The position numbers were made by a program, and so were the translations under genes. Below, one piece after another: positions 43,326-56,601 of a stretch of 64,000 nt of DNA. The stretch's first letter is position 1. Every line of letters begins with the position of its first letter. The notes beneath the pieces are model-generated. The model did no database searches. It saw only the letters and a list, made by a program, of their open reading frames with translations, and was not told where the DNA came from. The stretch lies in assembly GCA_964019335.1 (NCBI GenBank), contig OZ025725.1, positions 248,001-312,000 of the forward strand, in the 5' to 3' direction. This stretch comes from Diplonema japonicum. Taxonomy: Eukaryota; Protista; Euglenozoa: Diplonemea.

Positions 43326-46235
43326 ATGCACAAGGAAATAAAAAAACCAAAGTATCAAGCCAGCATCAAGATCGTCCTGACGCTGTACTCCGTGTTTCTC
43401 ATCGCCGCCACGGGCCTCCTCTCCGCGGTCATGACGATAACAAGCGGCAACAGCGCACTGGACAAAAGCCAAGACGCCTGCGACGCGGGCTTGAAAACAT
43501 GCTTCTCCGCGGGACAGAATCAAACCATCGATATGGGCCGTGATCTCATGGATCAAGTAATCCACAGCTTCGAGACCGCTATAAAACAAAAACTCTCCCT
43601 GCCCCTATCGATCCTCACCGCAGAAAAACACATGTGCAAAACCCGCGGCTTGGGAAAGGGTAACTTCACCAACGACATGGCCACCCACGACACCCTACTC
43701 AAACAGCTCACACTTGGCATGATTGAAGCCGTGTCCACCACCGCATCCATCGAGATAACAATACGCTCGGTCGATGCCAACACCAACCAAACGGTCTACT
43801 ACTTAATGAATCAAGGTTACGAACCAAAATCCGGAACCATCGATCTCAACCGCTGGCTTGGTGTCGAAGTGAAGAACGGGTCATGGGACGACCTGTCGCA
43901 GGGCACTCTGTACTTCTCCATCGTGGACCACGCTACAGGTCTCATCATCCCCGAAAACTTATCAAAAGTTCAAGAATGCGTTGAGAACTTCACCGACATC
44001 CTGTACTGGCAAAAAAGCCGCGGTTCAGCTCAGTTCACACCTTGTCACACCGCAATGTCCAATTTAAGCAAAGCCGACACCGGCCGCGGGACTGGATCGT
44101 TCATACAGCACATTCAATACGGTGTTGAAGGATGGGCTCCGCTGGAGGCGAAGGGCGAGCTTGTTTCACTGTCTGCTTATTACGCTGAGCTCGACACCAC
44201 CTCTCCCGACGCAAAATACGGTGAAAATTCAGGGTACTGGATCACCGTTGGCGTTCAAGTCGAGGACCTATCACAGACAGCGAAGGAATCCACGAGCAAC
44301 CTCCCGTTCGGCTCCCGCATATACCTAATAGAACGCGATCCATGGACAGGTTCCATGGGGTCAATGGTGGCTGCAACGCATGGAGGGGTGACGAATGTTG
44401 TCAACAACTCCAACACGGTCATCACGCCATCCCAATCAACCGACCCTCTCATCGCAGCACATGGGAGATACGAAATGAGCCTCTCGTCAGATCCTTACAT
44501 AAACGTGAAGAATGAGCAATACGACTGGACGTACGCGGAGGAGGAGGAGCAATATTGGGTGAAACACTCTGCGATAGAGCTTTCCAAAGACTCACCCCAC
44601 TCTCTTCTGCTCATAGCTGTCGTTCTGATCCCTGTGGACGCGTCCTTCGCGCAGATCTCGAACTCGTTCAGCAATCTGTCCAACAAGATTGAACAGGACC
44701 GTTCAAGCGTGCGTGACGACACCGACGCAAACATTCGCTACTTATGGCTGTCGCTGACTGGTATGTTGTGCATCCTCGCGCTTGTAGCGTACTGTTGTTC
44801 CTACCGAATAGCCGCGGGGATCACACGCCTCGCCGACGAGATGAAATTAGTCGAAACCTTCGATCTAGAAACTGTCGATCTGTCAAGCACCTCATATCTA
44901 ACAGAGGTCAACAGAATGCAACAATCCTTCGAGAAGATGCTCAAATCCCTAAAAGACTACCGTGCGTTCCTCCCAAAGGTGACGGTTGCCGAAGGGCTGT
45001 GCGCGACAAACACGGAAGACGAGCCCGACGACACAGACCGCGATTCCAAAGAAACAGCATCGTCATTCCACAGCCTGGCAAGACCGACCCCAGCACCGAC
45101 ACCCGGACAACCAGTCACAACACCCGGGCTTTTCAATCCTGTTCGTTTCGATACAATTTCATATTCTCAACCACCAACACCTGGCGACCGGGACGGCTCT
45201 GGAGGGTCAAGCCACACCGCAACCCCAACGAAAAAAAACCCCACCATGGTCCGACGACGGTCCATCGGAAACGTTCTGCATGCGAGGGAGGAACGCATCG
45301 TGCAGACCTTAATGGAGCGAAAGGCGATTGTCGTTCTGACTGTGAAGCTCTACCAGATGTACGAATGGGTGGCGAGGGTTCGTGAAGGTACGCAGCACAT
45401 TGACAGCCTCGTGTCGTTCATAGCAGAATGGGTTGAAAGGGTCGAACAATGTGTAACAAAGCACAAAGGCCTTCTTCTTTCAACTTCCCTTGGAGAAGGG
45501 GAAATCACTGCCGTGTGGGGCTACTCAAAACGCGACTTCACCGGCCTCACCACGGCCGCTGACGCTGCTCTGGCAATAACCGCCGGAAACACATTAATAG
45601 AAAAAACCTCCACCACTGAAGCCAGCGTGATTTCAGGACCTAACCTACAAACCTATGCCGCAATCACAGAAGGCCCTGGGTGGACAGGAAACCTTGGATC
45701 GGGGAGAACCCGTTCTCCAGCAGTGATAGGCCATCAAATATCAGACAATCTAGGGATGTTAAAGGTGGGGTTTCAGCATCAATGTCCTGTGGTTACGAAC
45801 AGACACGGGGGGCTCGAGGCGTATGAGGTGACCCCAGTCGATTGCTGCCATTTACACAGCATCGTGTCTGTAGGGGGGAACAGCTATGGGAAGGGGTCGA
45901 CAATGGTATACAGTATAGTGAAGAAGTCCAAGCAAGGTGAGGAGTGGATGTATGCTTTGAACGCAATGCAGCAGAAGATGAAGCCTATCTTCGATGCGTA
46001 TGCTTTGTATCAGAATGGGAATATTGAGGAGGCCAAGGTTCTTGCTGCCACTCTTGCTTCGTCGAAGGCTAATCCTCTTTACACTGAGGCGAACCGGCTT
46101 TTATCACTGTTGAATGGTGTTGCTGCTGACTCGCCTCCACCTACGCCCCCGAGCGATCCTGCCCCTGACCCCCCGCTTGTGCACCCTTTTAGAAACCCCT
46201 TAACAACTCCCAGACGTGTCGGGTCTGATAGTTGA
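43326..46235 (+). CDS. Two-TM receptor with HAMP-like linker and degenerate class III cyclase-like domain
   Basis: Two hydrophobic helices around a ~440-aa ectodomain; HAMP-like segment ending YRAFLP; GNLG and EEWMY motifs; catalytic Asp residues not evident. The frame is open upstream, so the start is uncertain. Confidence 0.7.
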   Translation: MHKEIKKPKYQASIKIVLTLYSVFLIAATGLLSAVMTITSGNSALDKSQDACDAGLKTCFSAGQNQTIDMGRDLMDQVIHSFETAIKQKLSLPLSILTAEKHMCKTRGLGKGNFTNDMATHDTLLKQLTLGMIEAVSTTASIEITIRSVDANTNQTVYYLMNQGYEPKSGTIDLNRWLGVEVKNGSWDDLSQGTLYFSIVDHATGLIIPENLSKVQECVENFTDILYWQKSRGSAQFTPCHTAMSNLSKADTGRGTGSFIQHIQYGVEGWAPLEAKGELVSLSAYYAELDTTSPDAKYGENSGYWITVGVQVEDLSQTAKESTSNLPFGSRIYLIERDPWTGSMGSMVAATHGGVTNVVNNSNTVITPSQSTDPLIAAHGRYEMSLSSDPYINVKNEQYDWTYAEEEEQYWVKHSAIELSKDSPHSLLLIAVVLIPVDASFAQISNSFSNLSNKIEQDRSSVRDDTDANIRYLWLSLTGMLCILALVAYCCSYRIAAGITRLADEMKLVETFDLETVDLSSTSYLTEVNRMQQSFEKMLKSLKDYRAFLPKVTVAEGLCATNTEDEPDDTDRDSKETASSFHSLARPTPAPTPGQPVTTPGLFNPVRFDTISYSQPPTPGDRDGSGGSSHTATPTKKNPTMVRRRSIGNVLHAREERIVQTLMERKAIVVLTVKLYQMYEWVARVREGTQHIDSLVSFIAEWVERVEQCVTKHKGLLLSTSLGEGEITAVWGYSKRDFTGLTTAADAALAITAGNTLIEKTSTTEASVISGPNLQTYAAITEGPGWTGNLGSGRTRSPAVIGHQISDNLGMLKVGFQHQCPVVTNRHGGLEAYEVTPVDCCHLHSIVSVGGNSYGKGSTMVYSIVKKSKQGEEWMYALNAMQQKMKPIFDAYALYQNGNIEEAKVLAATLASSKANPLYTEANRLLSLLNGVAADSPPPTPPSDPAPDPPLVHPFRNPLTTPRRVGSDS

Positions 46236-46898
46236 AGTAGGGGGATACTATTTTTTGTTTAGTTTAGTTTGTTCTTTTGTCATTTTTCTTCTTCCTTTCG
46301 TTTCAACCAAAAGGCTTTTTTTTTTTTCCACGGGGTTTTCTTATCCGCCTCTCATTCCCCCCCCCCCCCCCCCCCCCTTTCTCGAGTCTTTGACTTGTCT
46401 GAACAAAAAAAGGGGGGATGGAACATTGGCAATGTGTTTTTTTTGGGTTTTATAAACTTCTCTCCACAGGGTTCTATCCCCCCTCCCCCCCACTCCCCAC
46501 GGCGCGTACACACAGTGCCATTTTTTTTTTAAACACAAGACACTGAAATGTGTTTTGCGTTGTTAAACTTTGTTTATAATAGTTTTTTTTTTTTTTTCCA
46601 GCTGCGTCAGTAGTTTCTGTCCACTCCCTGCGCACGTTGGGTTACTACAACAGCTCCGTAAGGGGCTACTCCTCTAGACCGGTATTCGCCTCCCCGGTGA
46701 CCCGCCACATCCTTGAGAAACAACTGTACAACTATTGTGTCCTTACCAACTCGGTTGAGGGTTTTATACCTAAGGTACCGAGGAGGGTGAACGAGGGGCC
46801 GAAGGCCACACCACAGCAGAAAGGTTCGATCAAGAGATAGATTGAGACTCTTCAGGCGTCCTGCCACATACCGCAGGTACCCTTAAATGTCTCTTTTT

Positions 46899-46938
<40 letters not shown>

Positions 46939-47119
46939 TAAGGTGGGATAACATGGAAATATAAGAAGTACATCTGATGTATCAACTCGTGGCAGCAAAC
47001 TGCATGAGCGCAGAATCTTAGAAGCCCCGGCTGGGGTTGAGCTGTACATCGCACGCATTATACAGTTCTTGTGCAGGGTGCCGCCAACAGCAACGGCCTC
47101 CTTTAACTCTTTTCTTTAC

Positions 47120-47155
<36 letters not shown>

Positions 47156-48441
47156 GCCTCCTAATTCCATTTGGCAGTGGGGTTTAGTGGTTTTCTTCTT
47201 CTTTTTTTACCGTCACACGGCACTCTGAATAATCCACTGCAAGGGCTCCAAAGCCTAACGGTTGTCATCAAACAGTTGCCGTGCGTGGCTCACAACTCTT
47301 TGCAGGAAGCTACTAAGCAGTTTAAAAGTAAACTATTTGTTTCAAAAAAAAAGGGGGGGTGATTATGATTGTGGCCACGGAGGGGGGGAGGAGCCGGGGG
47401 GAGGCACAAAGCCTCTTGACGTCATGCCACATATTTCTTTTTAAAAAACTTTGCTTCAACAAATTGTCTAAGAAAAAAAGAAAAAAAAAAAGCTTGGGCC
47501 GCAAACTTTGTTGGCTAACCCTCGTACGGTCAAACCGACTCGAACGCCAGACTTTTTTTTTTTTTTTTTTTTTTTCTGTAATCAAAAGTAGACAGGACGT
47601 AACCGCAAAAACTCTTGCCTCCCTAGTCTCTTATATTTTTTTCTCTTCCTCTTCGTCTCTGAGAAAAGTACTCCATCCCACATTTTTGCGCTCAATCAAA
47701 AAAAAAGGGGGGGGAAGATCCTATTTATTACTATTTTTTATAATGCTAAAACATAGGGGGGGGGGGGGTATTCTTGAGAAAAAAAGGGAATGGATCCTTT
47801 TGCAACAACAAGTTGTACCCCCGCTTCCCTTTCCGTCCGATTGAGCATGATGTTCCCTGTGATTTCAAAAGATTTAGGGGGGGGGGGGGGGGTCAGCAGG
47901 ACCAAGGTCTTCAACTTCTCCTTGATCGAAATCAAAATGAGGGGACTGTCGTTACCCTTTCAGATGCCTTTATTAGCAACACAGGGGGTAACAGAGGTAG
48001 GCAAGGGGTGGTCCAAGATGATGGGTTTAGTTTAATTAATACAAAAACGTAAAAACTGATTACCTATCCAAAAAAAAAGAAGAAAAAAAAAGAAGAAAAA
48101 AAAAAAAAAAACACCCTTTACCTCTCCTAACAGTTCAATCTTTTTTTTTTTCTTTCTTTTAAAGCTGTTTGCGAAAAAAAAATTTTTATTCTAATTCTAC
48201 TTCTACTTCTGCCTACGCGAGCCTACGACCATTCATTCTTCTTCTTCTTCTTTTTTTTTTTTTTTTTTTTTTTGAGAGTTTCGTGAAGATGAAGAGTTAT
48301 ATGAACGAATAATAATAAAAAAAAAGAAACCACTTATAACAGGGGGGTGCGTGTGTGTGGTAAAATACCCTGACTGAGTAGGCGGGAGAAAGCAGAAAGT
48401 CACGGTAATAATACAATATCACAGGAAGCAGTGGATGAACG

Positions 48442-48493
<52 letters not shown>

Positions 48494-48723
48494 TTGTTGT
48501 TGTTGTTGTTGTTGTAGTTGCTGATATAGTCAGTTCTCGTCCAGAATCCAAACAGCCCTCGGTTGATGAGGGACTGTCGTGAACAAGCACATTCAAGAGT
48601 AGCCCCCCCGCCCGTAAGTATTTTGTAAGTTTCGCCGATAGTTGCGGGGCTGCAGAAAAGGTCCTCATCTAGTTTTAGCCCCTTCCTCCCTTCCTCGCGA
48701 TTTTTTTTTTTTTGGTTGGGCAT

Positions 48724-48769
<46 letters not shown>

Positions 48770-49151
48770 ACGCCTCCCTCATCCTAGTGATTATGTTATT
48801 TTTTTTCCTTTTTCCCTTATGTATCTCCAACCAAAAAAAAAAAAAAAAAAATATATATGTTTCACCATCCCCCCACCCCAATCCTCATCACAATTATTTT
48901 TTGTTTCTTTATTTTTCTACTTTTTTTTCTTACCCCCCCCCCCCCCCCCCCCCACGTATCTCAAACCAAAAAAAAAAAAAAACCGACAAAAAATACACCA
49001 CACAAAGGGAGGGTTGGGGAGTGGGAAGAGGGTGCGGAGGGGTGGGGTGGTGGGGGGGGGGGGGGGCGAGAAGAAAAAAAAAGGGGGGGAAATTGCGGGG
49101 TAAAAAGAAGAAGAAAAAAAGAGAGAGAGAGAGAGAGAGCGAGAAAAGAAA

Positions 49152-52100
49152 ATGAGCAGCGCACCACCAATAGGCCTGGATTTCGGGTCACAAACATGCA
49201 GGGCGTACGTCTGGAAAAACGGCAGGGCTCAGATGGTCAGCGGTAGCACCTTTGCAAGCGCGGTCAGTCTGTCTGACCACCTAATGTATGGACGAGAAGC
49301 TGTGAAAGAATTAGACACAAGACACTGCAATTCGATCCGCCACGTGTGTGCATCCATGATGGTCAAAAGACCAATGATTATGGAACACCCAAGCAGCGGG
49401 CTGCGAGAATTTGAAATTGACGAGTACGCTGCCTTCTTATTAGATGCCCAACGTAGGGGTGCTTCAAAGCTATTGGGAACCGAAGTGACCCGAGCTTGCG
49501 TCGCGCTGCCTTCTGCAATGAATGTTATCGAGAAAACCCGTTTGGTCGCTGCATCGTGTGCGGCCGGGTTCTCCTCATTCGAGGCCATTTCTTCCCCTGT
49601 AGTGGGTGCCATATACTGGGCGCACTGTGCTAGAGTACTTGGATCTCCCGATATTAAACGCGATCTGTTTGTAGTTGATGTTGGCTGTCGTTTCGCGTCA
49701 GTGTCTGTAATACGGCTAGACTGCGGTCCGACCCCTAAGGACATCACCATTGAAGTCTTAGCCTCAAAAGGCCTACGAGACGGAGGGTACAGCGTAGACT
49801 TAGCTTTGAGCTCCATGCTCGAAACAGCAATCGGGTCCATTCACGACATACAAATCCTTAACGCAGCGGAGAAGGCGAAGAAAGAGCTTTCATCGTTGAA
49901 GGAAACCAACATACAGGTTAAGGAGCATAAGAAACTGATTAACCGGGGCGATCTTGATGTAGCATCGGAAGGTTTTGTCGCAAGCTTGAAAGCGTTGATG
50001 CGGTCCGTGTTGGTGTCCTTCCCGAACCTGAGCCTCGCTGTGCTCATTGGAGGCGCGAGTCGTATGACGGCGATTCAAAACTTCATCAAAAACACGTTTA
50101 AACTATCCGTTGACATTGTCGACTCCGACTACGCCGCAGTGATGGGAACAGCCATCTTCGCAAACAGCGCGGCGGACCTGACCTTCGAGATCACAGAGAG
50201 ACAACGGTGCTACGAATACTGGATATGCTCTGTAGATCGGAAGGAGTTTAGACAGATATTCGTGTCAGACTACTCTGAATATCTCTCTGACAAGACGAAC
50301 CAGGGTGGGTGGTGGGTTTTCCAACGGCTTAAGGGTTCTGCCCCGCTTCCCGATCCGTCCAAGGACGACTTTGTAGTCAGTGCCTTGAAGCCACGAGGCG
50401 ACCCGACGTACAGTCGCGCGCGAACAGACGGTATCCCAGACGATGAGAACGACACATGTGCTGACACGTGCCGGAACCCATCGATGGTGCTCCCCACGCC
50501 GCCGCCTGTCACCACGAAGCAGCTCTTCCTCCGTCGCGAACCTAACGAGCCGATCGGCCTGCAGCTTCGCAAAATCGAGTCCCGCATTATCATTCTTGAG
50601 GTCAAGCCGGACAGCGCCTCTGCAAAACAAGGCTTCGAGAGGTATTCCGGCTGGATCCTCACCCACGCCCAAGGCATCCCCATACATGAGATCAAAGAGC
50701 TGCAGTCGGAGTGCAGCGGGAAAACCGACGTCTCGCTCACCGTACGCGCGCCAGCCGACTGGTCCATTAAACGCGACATGGAATTCATAGGAACATGCGA
50801 CAGCGGGATGCTGATCCTCCAGTCGTCCGGGCTCATCAAAGGGCTCAACGTGCCTGTGCCACCTGTTATGGATGACATTCGGATAGAAGAGGTCAGAACT
50901 ATGTTGGCTTCCGACTGCGAACGACGCGTGCAGATGCAACACTTCTCTGAGGTGCGCAACGACCTCGACGAGGTGATCATCCGGAGCGACGAGGACCTGC
51001 ACCCGTCGCAGCTCAACAAGTACAGCAACAAGGGCGAGGAGCTTCTGATGCTTGCCGGTTTCATGCTGGAACACACCACCGTGCTCAGCAGGAAGAAACG
51101 ACTTGCAAAACTGCAGCTTGCGAAGATGCATTCTCTCTCGAAGCTGCTACTGAGGATCCTCGACCTCCACGAGCTTGGGAAGGGCGTAGGGGACGCTAAG
51201 GTGAAGGAATTTGAAAGCGAGTTTTGGAAAGCATCGCAACACCTCGACGAGTACGAGTCGAATGACGAGTATGACGACAAACCCAAGAAATTGAAGAAAA
51301 TGCTGAGCACGAAGAAGACATTGAAACGCAAGTCTAACGGGCGACAGAGCAGCGGGAGCCCCGTCTTCAACAAGACATATGTGGCGGGAGGTGGAGCGAA
51401 GAACGGGAAACTGACGCGGGGAGTGGAGAGCGTATACTACAAGAAGAGCTTTTCCCCTGAACGCGAAACAATCCCTCGGTCCCTGTCCTCCAATGGGCTC
51501 ATGGGCCGATACAAACCGGACCCCACATCGCCCCTCAACAAGGAGGCTATTGCACTGCGCAAGGCCGCCATTGATGAGCTCCGTGCCGCATCGCGCAACC
51601 TCGACACCTACAAATCCCTCTCGCCAGTTCCAAGGGCGAACACAGGCGTCTTCAACTCACCTATGCGTCCTGCATCGCCTGGTCTTGTTCCCATGGCGTC
51701 GTCGCCTAGGCTGTCGGCAATTTCCCCGAAAGTGTCGCCTAAGCGATTTCCCATGCCAAGCCCTAAAGCGGGCAAGAAGAAGAAGAAGAGGTCGAAGAGC
51801 AAGAAACCTCACACATTCGAAAACATCGACTCCGACACGGCGTCGACACTGGAAATCGACGACGACGAGTTCACTTCTGATGACGTGGGCTCAGACGATG
51901 TTGTGCGGCTCAGTGGCATTCCCATCACCACCTCTGTGTTCAGACCAAGCTCTCTTGCTGAAGGCAGCCCTCCGAGGTCACCAACGAAGAGGCTGTCGCA
52001 CGGCGTCCCGCAAAGTGTAAAGGACGCGCTAAGCAGAGCACGAAAAGCTTCGGATCCAGCGTCGCCCGTTGCAGGAATGATGCGGAAACGAAGCAGCACG

Positions 52101-54837
52101 CTGGGAGCATACACACGGAACAAGTCCGAGCAGGACCTTATAGAAGGCATAGGGTCGCAGAAGAACAGCATCTCAGTGTCGCCGACAAAGAGCGAGATGG
52201 TTGACTTCCCTAAGCGGCCTCCTAGCAGGTTTTCAAGCCAAAGACAGCGTCCGCCACTCCCGCCTTCCTTGTCGGGTTCCCCGAAACCTTCTGACGACTC
52301 ACCCGATGGTGAGAGAGAGAAGAATGACCGGGACAAGCCGATATCCAAGCCCCTCTCCCGCTCTATCAAAGGCTCCAGCCGTGGGCTCCCGTCTCTCATC
52401 GACATCAACACGCCACTCGCCGGCCTCGATTCCGTCATCAGGGTAGACTCCATTTCCTCAGCTCAAACACGACACAGCACAAAATCGCTCTCCAGCGACA
52501 GGGAAATGTTCGAAAAACAACGGCAAGAAGCAGATAGAATCGCCAGGGAGCTGCTCAACCTAGAAGTGCGTTTCGAGAGGCAAGGCAGAGAGAAGCTGTG
52601 CATCCTGGAAGACATTAACTGGGACAAGATGGACAAACAAATGCAAGATGAAGGTACAGACGTGCAAAGGAAGAAGGAAAGGGAAGCACGAGCTGAGGAA
52701 GAACGATTGCGGATCGAACGGGAGAAACAGGAAGAAGAGCGGCTGGATCGAGAAGCGCAGGAACGGGAAAAGCAGAAAGAACGCGAGAAAGAAGAGCTGG
52801 AAGAGGTCCAGGGACAAGAACAGGAAGCAAGGGAGCTACAGTCCACCGAGGAAGGTGACCTGCGGTTAGATATGATGGAGAGAGAAGAGGAGGGGAAGGA
52901 AACGATCATTGCCTGCGAGATGCTCGCTAGGCGCAAACCCGAACCCGTGTCTCTAGAAGTAGAGGATTCGTCTTCATCAGCAGCCAACACATCGACCTTC
53001 GCTTCACCGAAGGAAGAGAGGGTGACGAGACCGAGGAAGCCATCCGCACACATCCCCCGTGTTGCACAGATTTCCCCAGCACTCGTTCGCGTTCCTGCAG
53101 TTATAAAGAGCGACCCCCTCGGTGCCTCGCAGCACATCCCCCGCGTTGCACAGATCCAAGCACCTAAAACAACAGCTCCTGTTTCCAAACCTGATCTCTC
53201 GTCGTCCACCTCAAGTCATGTGCCCCGCGTGGCGCAGATCAAGCAGCCCACTGCACCGACTGGGAAGAGCGACACCTTTTCGACACCTCCGAAAGTCTCA
53301 CCCAAGGTAGGGGGGCCGGTCGCACCACCCTCTAGGATGCAGCGGACAGGGTCGCCACTCCGGTCCAGCTCACCTTTGTCCAAGCGGGTAACTCCAAGAT
53401 CGAGGTCTCCCCTGCGATCTCCCAGCTCTCCTAATAGACAGCCAGGCTTCAACGACCTTAGCAGTTCGGCTCGTCTTAACGCATCGGCCCGTCTCAACAG
53501 CTCTACGACATCTGAAGCAAAGATAAAGTCACCTCCCTCATACTCCATCAGCCAGCAGGGTGAGGACAAGCGGCCCCCGCCTCTAGAGCAGCCCGACTCA
53601 GCAACTGCAAGTATTGTTAGCGAGTCGAAGACGACATCTCCCACAGCAAGCTCCGAACCTCCCAAAGCGCGTCCCAAAACAGCCAGGAAGGAGTTCTCGT
53701 CGAGAGCCGTGCAGCGCAGCAAGTCGCGGCCCGCAGCTGATGAGAGGCCGCGTCAAAGAACAGGCATCGTGTACGGGGACAAGAAGCTTGCCTCGTCTGC
53801 GGACACAATCATCGTGAGCAACGACTTCGACCCGCCCCTCAGGGGCATCGTGAAGGATTCCACACCGAAGGCCACGACACCCAAGACACTGACACCCAAG
53901 GCAGGGAAGGTCACAATACGTTCAACGTCGAGGGGCGGGTCCAGCATGGACCTGGGCGGGACCACCACAACACCACTGACAACGCCAAACGATCTGCCAC
54001 CCAGTGCGAGGGCGTTCGGGTCAGAGCTCACATCACCTGCATCGCGGCCGAGCTCTCACCCGTCGTCACGGCTGATGACACCGACGGACAGGCCACTGGT
54101 GCCTACTACAAGAACAGTACCCGCTGGTATCAAACGAGCAAGAAGAACAACAAGTCCAAGAGTAGGCCAGCGTGGGCTAGCAGACTCACAAATTGTCACG
54201 CCTGTAGTGGACGTAGTGGGCGACATCACGATGGACAATCTGAACAGGACTGTACCGTGCATGCTAAGAATCGCCAGCGAGGACGTCACCGAGGAGCACA
54301 ACCCACCAAAGAAAGTACAAAGCAGCAAGAACCTCCTGCAACGTGAGGTCGTGCTGGTCCCGAAGGTCAGCACAACATCTACCTTCTCGAAACCAAGGGA
54401 ACATAAAGAAGACCCAAAGACTACGACGCCAGCCTTCAGACGGCCGAAGAAGGAGAAGACACCGGTTCCTAGTGCGGCATTCAACAAAAGCCTGCCTTTC
54501 GACAGGCGGTCGTCGGACGACATCTCGAGAAGGCGCACGTTGACTTCGACAACGACGGTACGGAAGCAGAAGGACGGGCCTTCCCTCAGCAAGGGAAAGC
54601 GAACCATATGGAACGCCCCCTCGGGGCCCGTTTTCACGGGGAAGGCATCGTCGCGGTCCGCCACAAGCTATGTGACCACGTCCTCTGACTTCCAGGACAC
54701 CGTCACCAGCCTCAGCTTGCCTAACACCACTCGGCGGCGGACAGCTGGGAAGTCCCCTTTAAGAACCCCAGAAAGTTCACCGAGAAGGTCGCTCACTGTA
54801 TCCGACTCTCCAGGCGGTAAGAAAAGGTATGAACGGG

Positions 54838-54871
<34 letters not shown>

Positions 54872-55061
54872 AAACAGATCCCGCTCTGCTGGAGGTCCTG
54901 GTGAAGAGGACCGTGATGTGCTGATCGATAAGTATGAGGGGAATATTTTAGATTACTTTAGAAGGGGAAAAAAAAAAAAAAAAAAAAAAAACTCGCACAG
55001 GCTGCGTCACCAGTTGAAATCCGCTGGACTGCAAACATCAGCTATGGTACCGAGATCGTAA
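49152..55061 (+). CDS. Divergent Hsp70 ATPase-like domain + PDZ-like domain + long S/P/T/R-rich tail (probable introns 54827-54877, 54932-55000)
   Basis: IGLDFGS, VVDVG, AEKAKKELS and LIGGASR motifs; PIGLQL...ILEVKPDSASA PDZ-like segment. Confidence 0.8.
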
Positions 55062-55156
55062 GTGTTACGGGGTGGGGCGAGAATAGTTTTTTTTCAGTTT
55101 TTTTTTCCCCTTCGTTTTCTTCATTTCATATACCCTTTTTTTTTTTTTTTTCATTC

Positions 55157-55196
<40 letters not shown>

Positions 55197-55756
55197 TGGG
55201 GTTCCCAAGTTATTTAACAACGAAATTTATTTGTAGAGGGAAAAAAAAAACCCCCTTTTTTTCCCTTGGTCCTTGTTCCTTCACCTCTGTCTCAAAGAGT
55301 TGTAGCTGTAGCACATTCCCAACACATTCCCCTCGTGCTCCCCAATGGGGAAAGAAAAAGAATAAGAGCTTTATACGAGTTATAATTTTTTTTGTTTATT
55401 TTTTTTTTCTCTTCGAAAAGAAAAAAAAGGGACAATACAAAAAAGTACAAAACCAAAGGGCCCAGTTTTCCCATCTCCCCCTTTCTTCCCCCCCCTTCGC
55501 GGTAACCGCCTCCCCCTCGGATATGTTACCTGATTTCCCCCCCCCCCCCCCCCCCCGATGCATGTAACTCCCTACCCCCCTCCTTCAAGTGAAATTTTCT
55601 TTTTCTGTGCTTTCTTCAAGGTGATAGGAGCGTGTTATATGGGGGGGGGGGGGGGGGGCATGAGGATTAGAGCGGAGCCCTTTTTTTTGTTTCACCACCC
55701 CTGTCCACGACTGGGCGTTCTTTAATAGAATTTTCGCTCCCCCTCCCCTCTCCCCT

Positions 55757-55791
<35 letters not shown>

Positions 55792-56601
55792 TCTTCTATG
55801 CCCCAAAAAGCAGTTACAGAGGTAACAGGCAGTTACCCAGGTAGGTACACCCCCTTTTTATGGTTTTTTGTTCTTTTTTTCCGCTTTCATTCTTTTTTTT
55901 TTTTTTCCTACCCCTGTCAGTTTACCTACACCTATACAATTTTGCGAGTTTAAATGTGGAAGAAAAAAAAGAAGAAGAAAAACACGGACATTGAAAGTCT
56001 TGCTCAGATGCACTTTGCACGAACACATGGGTCAGGGGGGGGGGGGGGGGGGGGAATAGGGGATAAAAAGGAGAGAGAAAAAAAGAGGGAAGACAAAACA
56101 TGCCGCATCTGTAAAGTTAAATTAGTGAAATTCCCATTTTTTTTTATTATTGTCGGTTTGTGACCAAAAGAGAATAAGAGAGCGGAGAGATTGGAAGGGA
56201 AAGAGGGAAAAAAAAAAGGAAAAAAAAAAAAACGAAAAAGAAAAGAACTGCATCAGGAAGTGTGCATGTTTTTCTTTCTTTTTTCTCAAAAAAAAAGAAA
56301 GAATATAGAAAGGGGAGAAGGGGGGGAAGAATTCCTTTTTTTTTTATTTTTTCATTTTTTTTTTTTTAATTTCCATATTTTTTTTCTTCTTCTATTCATA
56401 CAATTTCTTCTTCGTCTCTTGCTCTCTCTCTCTCTTCTTTTTTTCTTTTTTTTTTTTTCCTTTCTTCAGTCGCTCCCATATCCCCCCCCCCCCCCCCCCT
56501 TCCATCCCCCTTTTTTTTTCTCTTTGTTTTTCTACCATTTCACCTTCAAACTCCAAAGCACACTTGAAGGAAATCACAAAAAAAAAAAAAAAAAAAAAAA
56601 A

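Noticed and set aside
46600-47060. Short ORFs in a higher-complexity intergenic patch
   Set aside because: No recognisable motif on either strand; possibly decayed TE or pseudogene.
49005-49070. G-quadruplex-forming G-runs
   Set aside because: G/C homopolymers are ubiquitous in this window, so there is no specific signal.
54827-55000. Poly-Lys stretches at the Hsp70-like C-terminus
   Set aside because: They match the GTAT...poly(A)...AG intron pattern; both lengths being multiples of 3 is a 1-in-9 coincidence.
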